DNA from: Chrysomallon squamiferum
Lineage: Eukaryota > Animalia > Mollusca
Reading direction: 5' to 3'
Assembly (NCBI GenBank): GCA_012295275.1
Contig: CM022673.1
Span: 5,828,001-5,892,000 of the forward strand
DNA length: 64,000 nt
The translations under genes were made by a program, and so were the position numbers. Below are positions 14,480 through 30,719 of this stretch, one piece after another. The stretch's first letter is position 1; each line of letters opens with the position of its first letter. The notes below the pieces were generated by a model. That model saw only the letters and a program-made list of their open reading frames with translations. It made no database searches and was not told where the DNA came from.

Positions 14480-14720
14480 TATGTAAAACGACACTTCATC
14501 TGATAATTATTAATAGTTATTACGTTTTCATTACGCGGTTTTAGAATCAATATGATTTGAGAAGGAAACCTGTTACATTTTAGCTGGGCTACTCTTATTC
14601 TTATTTAGCAGTAAATGATTCATATGCATCTACTTTCCCGTAGACAGAAATGCATCATGCATGGTCTTTGATAAACTGCATGCGATTTCTAAATAGCCTG
14701 TTGGAAGAGCAATTTCTGTG
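14480..14720 (-). mobile_element. Decayed SINE copy (same family)
   Basis: It is colinear with 19310-19590. GTCTTTGATAAAC (14664-14676) is the exact reverse complement of GTTTATCAAAGAC at 20209-20221. Confidence 0.55.
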
Positions 14721-14817
14721 ATCAGTACATTATTATTACCTAGTATGTATATTTTAAATATAAAATTTCAGTTTTAATGCAGTGAAGAGATGAAAGAGAA
14801 GGATTTTTAAAATACGG

Positions 14818-14866
<49 letters not shown>

Positions 14867-15454
14867 TGTATGTATGTATGTATGTATGTATGTATGTATG
14901 TATGTATGTATGTATGTATGCATGTATGTATATGTTTACTATTCGGAAAACGAGCTTGGTGTTCATGACAAAACAATTATGATATTATGTGTTTATATTT
15001 GTATTGTATACATGTGTATGTGAGTTTTTATAGTATGTATATGTTTGGGCTTGTTTATCTCTCTACACGTTAAGTGTTTGACTTTCTTTCTGTTTATTTC
15101 AACACAGACGATGTTTCCTTTGCGACGTATTTCACGTGAACATCATCACTTAACACGCCCTCGTATTAGACTCCACTGTCTATGAATGGAACGCGAAAAT
15201 CCCATTCACAGACTTGAACAAAAAAAAAACAAGAAAAAAAACACACACAAAAAACCAGGGATTGTAACGTCCGTATAAATTCTCCGCCGTGAAACTAAAA
15301 CTCGCCTGGCAGTCAGAAATGTGTCTAATTAAATAGAGTACTAACACGTGTAATGTATTTCTACTTGGAATTGATTTCCTCCTCATTCGAGGACTACGGG
15401 GTTACAAAACAGCCAGTGACTCGACGTTCGGCGGAGCGGAGTAGTGTTTCACTC

Positions 15455-15950
15455 TGTCAGTTTCCTAGAATCCTTTTCCTTTACAAAGAAACCGGAGGAG
15501 TGATACATTGACGGTTGAACTTGTTTATTTAGTTTTCACTGTAATATTTATAGTCGATTTCCTAGAATCAGTTTGATTAAAAAAAAAGAAAAGAAAAACA
15601 GACCGGATGAGTTGTATATTTACTGTTAAATTGTCGATTTCCTAGAATGTTTTGGTTACAAAACCCTTGCCCCCCACCTCCCAAATGGAGGCCTGATATA
15701 TTTGTGTTTCAATACGTAATCACTTTCCTAGAATTGGTTTGGTTTCTATACTTGTAGTTAATCTTCCAGCATTTCTCTATATAGTCGATTTCCTAGAACT
15801 GGTTTGCTTCCGAGAAAAGACTAAGTTATATATTTACATTTATTTGTGCTTCACTGTATAGTCCGATTTTTAGAATCGGTTTGAATTTTTTGTATCAATT
15901 AATTATTTATCCATCTTTTTATACGATTTCCTAGAACCGGTCTGATTACA
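15455..15950. repeat. Decayed ~60-97 bp tandem repeat with conserved core (GTCGAT)TTCCTAGAA
   Basis: TTCCTAGAA occurs at 15462, 15559, 15639, 15725, 15790 and 15928, with a variant TTTTTAGAA ending at 15875. Confidence 0.85.
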
Positions 15951-16025
15951 GAGATATCGTTATACCGTAATATGCATTCCTTTATTGAGCAATGAATTTA
16001 TTTATTTTTATTTTTTATTTTATTT

Positions 16026-17640
<1,615 letters not shown>

Positions 17641-18730
17641 GCATAAAAGTATAAATCAGAAGAAATAAAAACTCACGAAATAAATAAGAATTCGAAAAAC
17701 ACCAAAACCGCATAACGTAGACAATCACAATAAAAACAAAATACAAAAGCTAGACTGAACACAAGAGACATCTCACATTTAAACAAAATCAGTTTAAAAA
17801 AACGAACTCGTGGCAAAAAAAAAAAAAAAGAAATAATCACACAGGTCATCATCGATTATTTTCTTTCAAATGAATCATTATTCACAAAGCTAAATTATCG
17901 ACACGACACCTCGAGAGAGATAAATAAAATCTACAGCACAACGGTATTATCATTTCAAAGCCTTTTCTCTTGCTCTCTTTCTCCACCGCTATATAAACGG
18001 TTAATTGAGTTAAATAGCAGAGGATGACTTATAAACGGGACTGTGTGTGGAAATGTTTTACTGTTAACCGTTACTAATGGCTCGGATCAGTTAGGTTTTA
18101 AAACGTTTTTTTACTTCCGAATTCGTGAGTCGATGTTGAAAACACCCACGTCTTATCTTTTGTTTGTTAGAGAAAGATATCATTTTTATTTATTTTTTTT
18201 TTTTTTTTTTACGTTTTTTTTTCTTGTTATTAATTAATTAATTGTTACAGTTCTTGCCGTTGAATGTGATATTTCGTTCCTTTTAATTTTCTTTCTATCT
18301 TTTTCATTTCTTTGTTTCTTTCTTTCTTTTCTGTCTAATTTTTTATGTTTCTTCCTCCCATCATTTTTTTTTCTTTCTTTTTTTCTCGTTTTTCTCTAAT
18401 CACTTTTTTTATTTTTTTTATTTTTATTTTTTTTTAAAGATGGCGTTGGCATGTTTTAAATGTCATCACTTCCATTTATAGATTAATAACATTTTAATAT
18501 GTCTCGGAACTCATATTTATTCTTCTCTGTTTTTCTTTAATCTGGATCTGTATGCGGATTATTAATGGCTTAGCGTTTGAGCTCGGAGTCTGTGTTTTTC
18601 TGAATACGGAATTTCTGGTTCCTCGCATATTACATCATTTTATTTTGTTTCTCTCAGACAGTCTATAGATACTAAACTACATCATTAAATATCCGCTCAG
18701 CCATACCCTTATTTCTTTGTATTGTTTTGT

Positions 18731-19110
<380 letters not shown>

Positions 19111-19118
19111 TTTTCTCT

Positions 19119-19207
19119 ATACATCCCATTTGTTTCTATCTAATCGAAAAAAATGATTTTGGGATACATCCCATTTGTTTCTATCTAATCAAAAAAATGA
19201 TGGGACA
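19119..19207. repeat. 45-bp tandem duplication
   Basis: atacatcccatttgtttctatctaatc...aaaaaatga..tggga starts at 19119 and 19164. Confidence 0.85.
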
Positions 19208-19309
19208 TATACGTAACATAACAAAACGCCTACACAGCATTAGTAGTATTTACACGTTATTTCAGTTTTCCTGATCCATAAATATACCATAAAAGAAAAA
19301 TAAATATCT

Positions 19310-19590
19310 GTTTAAAGATTCAACAACACGTTTTATTAACGTCAATCGCTGTTAGTTATCACGCATAAGAGTTTAGTACGCTGGTAACACCAGAGAGGGA
19401 AACCTGCTACAGTCTCGGAATTATCCACTTTTAAATATTGGCAGCAAGGGATCTTTTATATGGAAATTCGTTCAGTTAGACGTCGGATACCTTTGTCATA
19501 CGCAGTTTGTGGGACAGTGGAAAATAGAGCAACATCTACAAACGGAGTAGTGTTTTACGCAGGTACTCTAACCAATGAGCCCAAACCTGC
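19310..19590 (-). mobile_element. Decayed tRNA-derived SINE copy
   Basis: It shares colinear blocks with 14480-14720 (GGAAACCTGYTAC; GCAGYAA..GAT..TATG; CTTTG.YA.AC). It resembles mollusc Meta/core-type SINE bodies from memory, not from a search. Confidence 0.6.
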
Positions 19591-20102
19591 TAGCAAAATT
19601 AAAGACATTTTTTATTTTGCTTATTAAGAGAACATTTGTCTTTTTTTTTTTTTTTTTCTGTTTCTCGTTTTTTTTTTTCTTTTTCATGTTTTTTTTTTTT
19701 TCCTTCCTAATTAGAAACATTATTTCCATTTTCTATGTTTGAAAAGGACTTAAATATTACTAGAAAATTCTTTTTCTTTTATTTCAAGTTTAAATTTTTG
19801 CATTTTTTCTAACGAAACACCATTTTCAATTTTTTTTTTTTTTTAATTTTATTTTATTTTTTTAATCTTTTCACTTTTTGATGATACAACTGGATGAAAT
19901 AAGGAGAAGAGAGTCAACATAAAATGAAATAAACTTTAATATACACATTTTTGTTCTATTTAAAAAATACAGTTAATAATAAAAAAAAAACATCAGTAAT
20001 GCAGAATAAAATCTCGTCCAGGGACATTTCAGCTTGAAATTTTTATAGATTTGAAATTAACTGTATAAACGTTAAAACGTCAGTTAAAAAGACATTAATG
20101 AA

Positions 20103-20270
20103 ATGGGTTTAGTGTAATATTGGAGCACACGCCTAGAAAGCTAAGCGACGCTGGATCGAACCTTCTGAATGTCTTCTTTGGACTGTCGCTCTTTCTGGTT
20201 AATTAATAGTTTATCAAAGACATAGTATGTGTTGTGCTGTTAGTCTAAATGCTTATATGAAAGATTGCTT
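20103..20270 (+). mobile_element. Decayed SINE 5' half (tRNA-like head plus body)
   Basis: An A-box-like TAGTGTAATATTGG and a B-box-like GGATCGAACC are followed by the GTTTATCAAAGAC block shared with other copies. Confidence 0.55.
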
Positions 20271-20642
20271 GTAGATTATCTGTTATAATAATAACGTTAT
20301 AGATATGGTGTGTGTGTCTGTGTATGAAGAAAAAAAGAAATACAAACGCAAATAAATAAATAAATATAATACAAATACATATATTTATATTTACCTATAA
20401 CTATAAACACACACACACACATACACACAAACGCACACATATATACATACAAGTATATATACATACATAGATAGATAGATAGATAGAAAGATAGATAGAT
20501 AAATAAATAGATATAGATAAATAGATAGATCTATCGATACAGATATAAATATATAGATATAAATATACATGTATATAATAAACAAACGAATAAACACTTA
20601 TATACATAATTATACAGAAAAAAATCCCCAATAAATTTAAAT

Positions 20643-20689
<47 letters not shown>

Positions 20690-21563
20690 AAATAAGAAGT
20701 CTCACTTACCTTATTTACAAACAATCTTCAGATCAATAACTCCAGAAAACAGCCACACAATCTGTAACAACAACCCAACATCTCTTCACATCCTTTCTCT
20801 TTCTCTTTTTTCAAATTTTTTTTTATTTTTTTTTTTAATTTTTTTTTTAATTCTTTTAGTTTCGTTTGGGAGGAGGAGGGTATCGCCCAAAACTCGCATC
20901 CGCGGTCAAGCTGCACGCGCCCATTCGCGGTTTCAGCGGCGAGGGTAAAAACGCGGAAAAGACTAATCAAGCTCAGTCTCCGCTGAGGTAGCACGTTACA
21001 GTAGCGTTAGGATAATTCTGATGAGCGGAGAGAGTGAAGATTTGTCCAACCCTAACAATTCTGACATTCGATCAATACGAGAGAGACTAAACAAGTCGTC
21101 GGAAATAAGCGCACGGGAGAAAAAGGGATAGAAAGGACTGGGCGAATACAGAAATGTATAATTATTTGGAGAAGATGCCTGCCTGTATTGTTGTGTGGTG
21201 TGCTGGTTTACTGAGCGACAGACAGCAGGACACATTGTTGTCGAATGAGATGCACTCGAGTAGATTATACCTAGAGATGGTAGTATAAATTACGTGTACA
21301 TACGTGCATAGACTAGCATATGCAAGCTTGCGTGTTTGCATTCTTACGTACACACAAATACACACACACACGGACAGGTATATGTACTATGATGGCTGGG
21401 TAAACGACAGGACGTAAAGAAGGATTGACAACTGTTAAAATCTTTAACTGATGAATTAAACCTATATCTCAAAAAAATATATATATAAAAAATAAAATAA
21501 AAATAAATAAATAAATAAGTAAGTAAGCAAGTAAATAAATAAATACATAAATAAATAAAGTAT

Positions 21564-21620
<57 letters not shown>

Positions 21621-22388
21621 CTGAAATGTTATATATATAAAGAGTATTTTGGCATGTTAACAATGCACCAGTTTCAGGTCTTTGGCGTTTAAACGTATCT
21701 TTGCAAATACCAGTTACGGTTATGATGGGATTTTATACACAGAGAGCGAGGAAGCAAGGATGCTTTGCCGAGTTAGTAAGTCAGATGAAATGCAAGAACG
21801 TTACGGATTTAAATCCAAATCAGATGTCGAATTTGTTTAAACAATTTAAATCGATTTAACTTACGTTATTTATTGAATGTCATTAAATTTTTCAAATAAA
21901 ATGTTTGTAATATCTGATTAATTTTTAAGCGTGGAAGGTCGATGTACGCTTACACGTGAGTTGTGTGCAAAACAGTGATTAAATGTTAAAATGTGAGTTG
22001 GTTTACTGAAAATTATAGTTTATGAGATAAAAATTTGTTTTTATTATTAGTAGTATTATTATTATTATTACTCTTACTACTATTATTATTAGTATTATCA
22101 TTATCGTTATTGTTATTTTTAGCAGTATTATTATTATTACTCTTACTATTATTATTATTATTTATATTACTACTACTATTGTCGTTATTATTATTGTAGA
22201 TGTTGTTAAAACAACTACTAATAAATAACACTTATTTCAGTAACGATAACAGGTGTTAGTCTCTCATTCCAAAAAAAAAAAAAAAAATAATAATAATAAT
22301 AAAAAACCTCGAACAGTAACAAAGACACACTGATATTATGCATACGTTATATACGCACCCTTATGTATCTTGTTGTGTGTGGGTGTGT

Positions 22389-22448
<60 letters not shown>

Positions 22449-22888
22449 TTGTGTGTTTATTCAATGAAAATTCCCCAAACCAAACAGTGTCGGTACGAAG
22501 TAAAAAGTTCTGATTAGAAAGTTCGGTATTCTTGAGGATTTAAATTCAGGACTTGATAATCAAGTCGACAGCGGAAACGATTACGTTTTGGTTGAATTCC
22601 GGTATTGAGAAATTTCACTTCTAGAATTTAAACAAACAAACATGATAAATAAAAAAAAAACATTCGTAAATTCTGCAATGAAAACAGAAACCTTGCGTGC
22701 ACTTTGATGCAATAATTTAAAAATGAAGACAAAGACTGAAGGAAAGAAAAAAACATTTACAAGTGTATAATTCATTTTAAATAACAGTTATTATATCCAC
22801 TTATTCATCAAAGTAACGCAATCATCAAAAAGCAACCGCCCCAAAAAAAAATTTAAAAATTTAAATCAAAACAACAACAAAAAAAAAA

Positions 22889-22921
<33 letters not shown>

Positions 22922-25105
22922 AATTAAAATAAACAAATATAACCAAACAACATTAATTAATCCAAAAAAAAAAAAAAAAAATAAATAAATAAATAAAAAC
23001 AAAAATAAAAAATAAAATAAAATAAAATAAAATAAAATAAACAGAAAAAAAAGGAATTGCTTTCACGAGAGCTTGTAATCAGAATTGAAACAAACCTGAT
23101 AAAATTATAATAATTAGCGAAACAGACAAAAAAATAAAAAAAAAAAAAAAAAAACATGAAAATATAAAAGTACACAAGGAAACAACAAAAACAAAAAAAA
23201 TAAAAGGAAATAAGTTTTTAAAAATTCATAAATAATATAGAGGAGGAAAAAAGGAGCAAATATTTTACAAAAATTTTGATCGTGCAGAATGTTTCATTTT
23301 CAAATAATTATTCTTGCTGATCTCTTCAAACATGTCGTTTAGTTTATTTTGTCAACATAATTACTGTGACATCAGATGCAGAACTCTGAGAACACTTAAT
23401 AAAAAAACAGTCAGTACTGTACGTGTATTGCATATGTAATCAAATATCTGTCTTTTTCTTTAACACTATGTTTGTCAACCTGTCTGTTTGTGTGTTCTTT
23501 TCTATTTGAAGATTTGTCTGACATTTTGTCTGTCTGTTAATGTTTCTCTGTCAGTTGTTTTTATTTGATTATCTTTCTGTTATTTCTTTTGATCTTTTTT
23601 TCTTCTGTTTTGTATGTGTATGTATGTATGTTTGTATTTGTTTATCTATGCATATATACACATGTGTATCTGAGTTTATGTATATGTATGTGTGTGTGTG
23701 TGTGGTGTATAGGTGTGTGTATGTATGTGTGTCTTTGTAAGTGGGTGCATTTATGTGTATATATATATGTATTTGTATTTGTATTTGTGATTATGTGTAT
23801 GTATATATACGTATGCATGTATTCGTATATGTATGTGTGTGTGTCTCTTTGTGTGTGTATATATGTATTTAAGTATTCTGTATTTATCTGTGTATGTACG
23901 TACGATGTATGTGTACGTGTGTGTGTGTGTATGTATGTATGTATGTATGTATGTATGTATGTATGTATGCATGTATTTTTATATTTCACCGATTTTTCAC
24001 CTTGACATGAAATATTGGTATACCTTGTTGTTAGCCTCTTAGATTACTTAAACGTGTATTATTACAAAAATTAATTATTTATTTACGGATTAGGAATTAG
24101 TATGAAATCTGAGTATAGGCTCTGGACTTGAGAAACTTTATATCTGGGTGGATGAACGTGTTACTTTTATATTAAATGAATACTTATCGTATAATGGTGA
24201 TGTAAGGGACAAAATCCGCACATAGAATCAGGCTTATCTTATTTTGTTAAATAAGATATTTAAGATATTGTGACTTGGAAATGAATACCTCTAGAAATCA
24301 TTTTCTGAGTTTGTACTGACACTATGTCTAAATTTTATATATCAGTCTCTATAAGAATTATCTAAAAATAATCTGATGTTTTGCATTCAGAAACTATTCA
24401 TGAATTTATGAATGTTTAACGATATCCTAGAATAATAATAATAAAAACCCCCAAACATAACGGCTATTGGACATCAAATTAAGGCAAATACAACAAAATT
24501 GATATTATATCTATAAAGCGACAGCCTATGTATATTGTCTGCAAGAATTTCAGACTTTGATTCTAATATTTTTTTTTATATAAAATTTCTACGTATTTCT
24601 AATTCTGATCTTTTTAAATAGCTTCAAATAATTTCATACGTCTAAGAAGAAACAACGTATTTTCCGATTCAGATATCCTGGTTAATTTGGCAGTCGACTC
24701 CTCCGATCTCAATTTGTCTGTTAAAACGTAGTCTTGTATTTTTACACTCGACAAAATAATTTGCTAATAGACTTGGCCAATGCGGCGTCCTTTTATTCGA
24801 CTTCGTCCAGGTTTCGTCTGTTTCGTCTCCGCTGTTTGCCGCTAGAGGGGGCAAATCGAGTCGGCGCAGTGGAAGAGATTGTGACAGACAGGCCTGGTGA
24901 AACTGATACAGTTAGACTGGTGTGGCGTAGCGAGTGAATGCGTGTGACAGAACAAACGACAAGATCACCAGATCAATATTACAGGGGATGCAAGTTGACT
25001 GGGACTGTCTTTTTCTTGTTCTCGTTCTTGTTTTACGTTATGGTATTGGGATATATATATATATATACATTTATTATAAATGGATTTTGTGTTTTTCAGA
25101 CGGAA

Positions 25106-25500
<395 letters not shown>

Positions 25501-27445
25501 GATAGGCAGAGGCTGAGCAGAATACCATGTTATTGTATAAGAACTGGAACACCGGTTAGCACAAGAAAAACTATTCAGTGGACGCAAATTTATAATATTA
25601 AAAGATATATTTATTGCAATTAATATTCCATTCACTTTATTTTCACCTCTTCAGCCATTTATTATTTTTTAGTTTCAACAAACATTTCGTGTCAAAGTTT
25701 AGGTTTATTTATATATTTTGGTATTACATAGTTTTTGACTATTTTAGAAAAATCTAGATGTCATTTTTGTCACATCTTTTTTTTTTTGGCTTGAACAGTC
25801 GTTTATATTCTTAACTCAGATATGTAGTATTTTTTTATTTATTTATGTACATTGAATTTGTGTATTCAATTACTGTCAGTCATTTACAATTCCTGCGGGG
25901 AATATTTTTTATTGCGGTTTTAAATTGCATTTGTGTTCAAGATGAAACCTAAATATAATATCTGTCTGACTGTCTGTCGGTACGCGAACGTCATAAGCAA
26001 ACAGCGATATTTTTGTATGTTTTAGCGTGAATTGTTGTCTTTGTAACTCAAAGTACACTTTGAAAATGTTTTAGTTTGGTAGTAATATAGGAAAACAAAT
26101 CGTAACTTTATTATGCAGTTCTTAATAATTCAGGATCTATAAATAAATAAACAAATAAATAAACAAATAAATAAATCCATTTAATCTTTTCATGAGTATT
26201 TTGAAAGGCTTTTCTTTTTTTTTTTTTTTTTTCTTTTTTAATTTTTCGCCAAATATGGTCTTTTTTTTTTTTTTTTTTTTTTTTTTTTCCTTGGGAGGTT
26301 TGATATTCACTGAATGATAAAATGTCGACGATAAATAAATTTCATAAGAAACTTTGATGGTATAATTTGATTTTATTCTTAATGCAGCAGTAAAAAGCTT
26401 CTTTCTTTTCTTTTAGCAGGCGAAATAAAATTACTGTCATACGTTTGTAAGAAAACAGTTATTTGGGGTTTTATTTTTGACTAACAGCGCTGTAAAACAG
26501 TTACTCGTTTGATAATATGGTAATTCATTTTGTTAACGTTTTAAAACTGTCACTGAAAAGGAGGGCCATTGTGTTCACAGTGCAACTCTTTTTATATTAC
26601 CCAGTATCACGCTTTAAGAATTATTTTTACTTCTTTTTCGATTTCTTTTATTGCGTGTAATTCCAGCTTCCAAAAATACCATAACCATTACCACTCTTTC
26701 ACCTAATATCGCTGCTACTACAACTACCACTACAACAACTATTACTTCTGTAGCTACTACTGGTATTACTTCTGTTGCTTCTGTTATTACTACTAACACT
26801 ATCATACTATTATCTACTACTACTAGTAGTAGTATTTGTACTACTGCTACTACTACTACTACTATTGCTATTATATCATCTATTATCTCTACTATCATCA
26901 CCACTGCTATTATTTCAGTATTTCATCCTTTTTATGATGCTGTTGCTATTATTGCTGATTTATTATTATAATTTTTTAATCTTAAATTTTTAAATAAAAT
27001 AAAATAAAATATGAGTACAGAAACTAAAATATTCATAAAAAAAAAATCCCAAGAATTACAAAAAAGAAGAAAAATTTCTTTTTTGCTTCGTAACTTAATA
27101 TTTTCAGTTGTATAAAACATTTTTTTTTTTTTTTTTTCATTTCATATAATAGAATAACAGAATGAGAATTAAACTCAAGCTGAAGTTAATTTTTTCTTCA
27201 AACCTCGGCATTTTCCTAGTATTTGCGTGTTTCTGCAGAACATGTCTACTGATTTTTATTATCCGTCAGGCAAATCCCTCCCAACATGGTGGAGCACCAT
27301 CTAACGTGATCACAAAGGGAATGGAAGTCGATAATTGATTATGGTATAACTGTAGTGATGTGTTAGTGGTACAGACAAATCCTTATTCCGTATGTAATGC
27401 AGTGTCCAAATACACTGACAGTTCAGCAAATTAAATACTTGGTAT

Positions 27446-27560
<115 letters not shown>

Positions 27561-28008
27561 TATTACTAAAAGAATAATCAATAATGAACGTTATACTGAA
27601 CGACGTTCAAGGGACCACTAATGTTGGAACATTAACAGACATTAAAACATATATGTGCTAAAAGTCAAGAATTCTGTGGTAGACGACAAAGGAAAGCTTT
27701 TGTGTTTAACACCTGTTTCATCTTAGAGCCTTAGTTTAAAGTGTACGCGTGGGAGTAAGATTATACTGTTTTACTGGACTGTGTGAGCTTCCAAAGTATC
27801 GTTTTACTGTATTCTCTAACAGTGATAATAATGTAACAACCCAGTATGCTTGCCTGGGGTCAGCCATTTTCAACTTTTTGTGACGTCACTGGATAAACAG
27901 AAGAAAGACAAAGCCTAATTATCATAAAAGTAAATAAGGAAAAACAGAAGCTGCTTCTACTATTGCTACCTCTACCACACATCTCACATGACTGAACCCT
28001 TGTTTCAA

Positions 28009-28122
<114 letters not shown>

Positions 28123-28160
28123 TATCTGTGTCTATCCTTCTTTCTCTCTCTCTCTATCCT

Positions 28161-28198
<38 letters not shown>

Positions 28199-28290
28199 AC
28201 CCTTTCTCTCAGTCTCTCTGTCTCTTTCAAACTGTCTCTCTCTTTCTCTCTCTCTCATATTCCATGCTTTCTTGTCTTCAATAAAATACA

Positions 28291-28827
28291 CAGTGGTACC
28301 TCGACTTATGAGTTTAATTCGTTCCGTGGCCGAGCTCGTAACTCAATTTTCTCGTATATCAAATCAATTTTCCCAACTGAAATTAATTAAAATACCATTA
28401 ATCCGTTCCATCCCCCAAAAACCACCTCATGTTTTTGTAACGTGTTTGTAAATAAGAAAAATGTATTTATAAATGACAAATATTGTATAAAAAAACAAAA
28501 TAAAAGAGAATGTAAAGAAATAAATTGTTTTTGTAAAGTGTAGTTATCTTGGAGATCAGACAAATTATTTTAACGCCTTTGGCAAGAGTTACAGGCTTTA
28601 TCGACTCCTTCTGCTTCAGTATGGTACAACGCTCGTACTGCCTAACGAGTGAAAGGCGGGATGCTGGCCGGATATTGTGTTGTTCGTTGCGCCAATTAGC
28701 GGCGGTATATCAGAATCGGCTCGTAACTCAGATTTTGGCTCGCAACTCAAAGCAAAAGTCGACCAAGTGACTGATCGTAACTCGAAAAACTCGTAAGTTG
28801 GGGCACTCGTAAGTCGAGATACCATTG
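28291..28827. mobile_element. Tc1/mariner-superfamily (Tigger/pogo-like) MITE, 537 bp
   Basis: The left TIR is CAGTGGTACCTCGACTTATGAG and the right TIR (reverse complement) is CAATGGTATCTCGACTTACGAG. Subterminal CTCGTAA repeats are present and there is no transposase ORF. It is flanked by CA on both sides rather than TA. Confidence 0.85.
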
Positions 28828-29626
28828 CATTTTAATAATTAAAAGGAAATAAATAAATAAATTTATAGGACGCTAGACTAAAGGCTGAAATATTTAATTA
28901 AATATCGTCTTAAATTTCATTTAAGAAGAAGAAGAAGAAAGGCAAGGAGAAAGAAAAGAAAGAAAGAAGAAGAAAAAGAAGAAGAAGATGAAGATAAAGA
29001 AGAATTTATCATACACTACAATTCCGAAAATTTTCTTAGATACCAAGTCTCAAATTTGATTTACTTGTCGATATGTTATATAACAAGATTCTGTACATTT
29101 ACTTCCTTTCAGAAAACGTTTTTCTTCATTACTCGTTCCCCTGGCTTAGAAATGTCTGCTGCCATAATTATGATACAGAAACGGGAAATTGCATGCATTC
29201 AGTAGATGTATTCGCAGGAACAAACTCTTGCAAATAGAAGATCAAATCAAATTAATCTAGGTAACGGTCTCGTGGTTTGGGTCATACAGTGGAATATTCA
29301 AGAATTTCATTCATACAGAGAGCTGGATTATATCTATTTTTATAAAACCGCTGATGGTATGAATATTGCAAAATTAATACGTGCGAGTGTTGCTGTGTAC
29401 GTTTTTTGTTGACCGTTGACGATAATGTATGAATAAAAATAAGAATTATATCGAGGAATAATTCTCTAATGACATATTGGGTAAGGTGGAGTAATTCTAG
29501 CCCCGGGGCATTTCTGACCCCTAAGGTATATTATAACTTACAGCCACTATACTGTTCTGTGCTAGTTTCTGGAGCTTTGTTGATATAAATAGAACCTTCC
29601 TATCTGTCATTGGAACAAAAGATATA

Positions 29627-30330
29627 CAGTATTCCCTCGCTATTCGCGGGGGTTACGTTCTTTACCTCCCCGCGAATAGCGAAAAACCGCGAATATTGGA
29701 TGCAGTTTTAAAACGTCTATTATGAGATTATATACGGTACTAAATGCTTCCCAAACACTTTCTAAAGACACTGTTACTCATTAATACAGTAATAATGTAG
29801 TAATATTGCATGCAGTTATGTATTTCACTAATGTAGTAATGATAATGTAAACACATTTTAATTTTGTACTGAAACAATATTTTAATCAGAAAGAAACGTA
29901 AGTACAGGAGGACAGTAACACCGCATAGCATAGTTACCCATACAGTATTACTGTACCGTAAAGTCATTTTCTGTGCGTACAACATTTGTATTAGAATTGA
30001 CAGAAAGTGGAACAAATTTAAAGGCAAACAGACAGATAAATACAGTACGCACAGTTCAGGTAATAATATGCAATTAAAAACATTATTAATACACGGTCAC
30101 AAAAAATATGCACTGTACATACAGTGTATGCATTTATAAAAAAATACGTACTGTATTGCAATAATAATTGAAAAAATTTGATATTGTTTGTGCGGTTTAC
30201 CGAGCATTTGTTTTTATGACGTTATGACGCTCGCCTGGTATACCAGCATACGATGCGATAGGGTTAAGAGCCTAACCCGCGAATATGCGGGGCCGCGAAT
30301 GGGGAACCGCGAATAGGTGAGGGTATACTG
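29627..30330. mobile_element. Tigger-like MITE (704 bp) nested inside the 29479-31474 element
   Basis: TIRs are CAGTATTCCCTCGCTATTCGCGG and (reverse complement) CAGTATACCCTCACCTATTCGCGG. It has a perfect TA target-site duplication (29625-29626 and 30331-30332) and repeated CCGCGAATA subterminal motifs at both ends. Confidence 0.9.
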
Positions 30331-30719
30331 TAGATCCTCAGCCGTTTACACGTGGAGTATAGTGGCCATGAAAGTAGTGAAAACAACCAGGTTGTAAAAA
30401 AAAGTTAATTTTGAGGTTTCAATAGTAAGTGTTATTTTTTTGTTTTGTATACATAAGGTTAGTGATAACTTATAACAGGTAAACATAAAATCACTTATTA
30501 AGTTCAGCTGAAGAAATTTGATTAATATGTGGTAATTAGGCAAAGTGTGTGTGTTTTATTTAAATCCATCGCTTGGGGTAAATCTGGCCCCCATATGTGA
30601 TGCTGAAATCAATAGTTCTGGCATTGATATGGTCTATTCTGAGTTTTAGTCAATTTTTTTTAAATCAGCTGAAAATCCATGGTCCATCTTTTGGGGCACG
30701 TTGTCAAACTTCTAATAAA

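Noticed and set aside
15455-15950. CRISPR-like appearance (conserved core with variable spacers)
   Set aside because: The context is eukaryotic with no cas genes, the spacers are related to each other and uneven in length, and the repeats are too short and degenerate.
30215-30267. piggyBac-like end (...GATAGGG|TTAA) inside the nested MITE
   Set aside because: No matching TTAA-CCCTATC left end was found.
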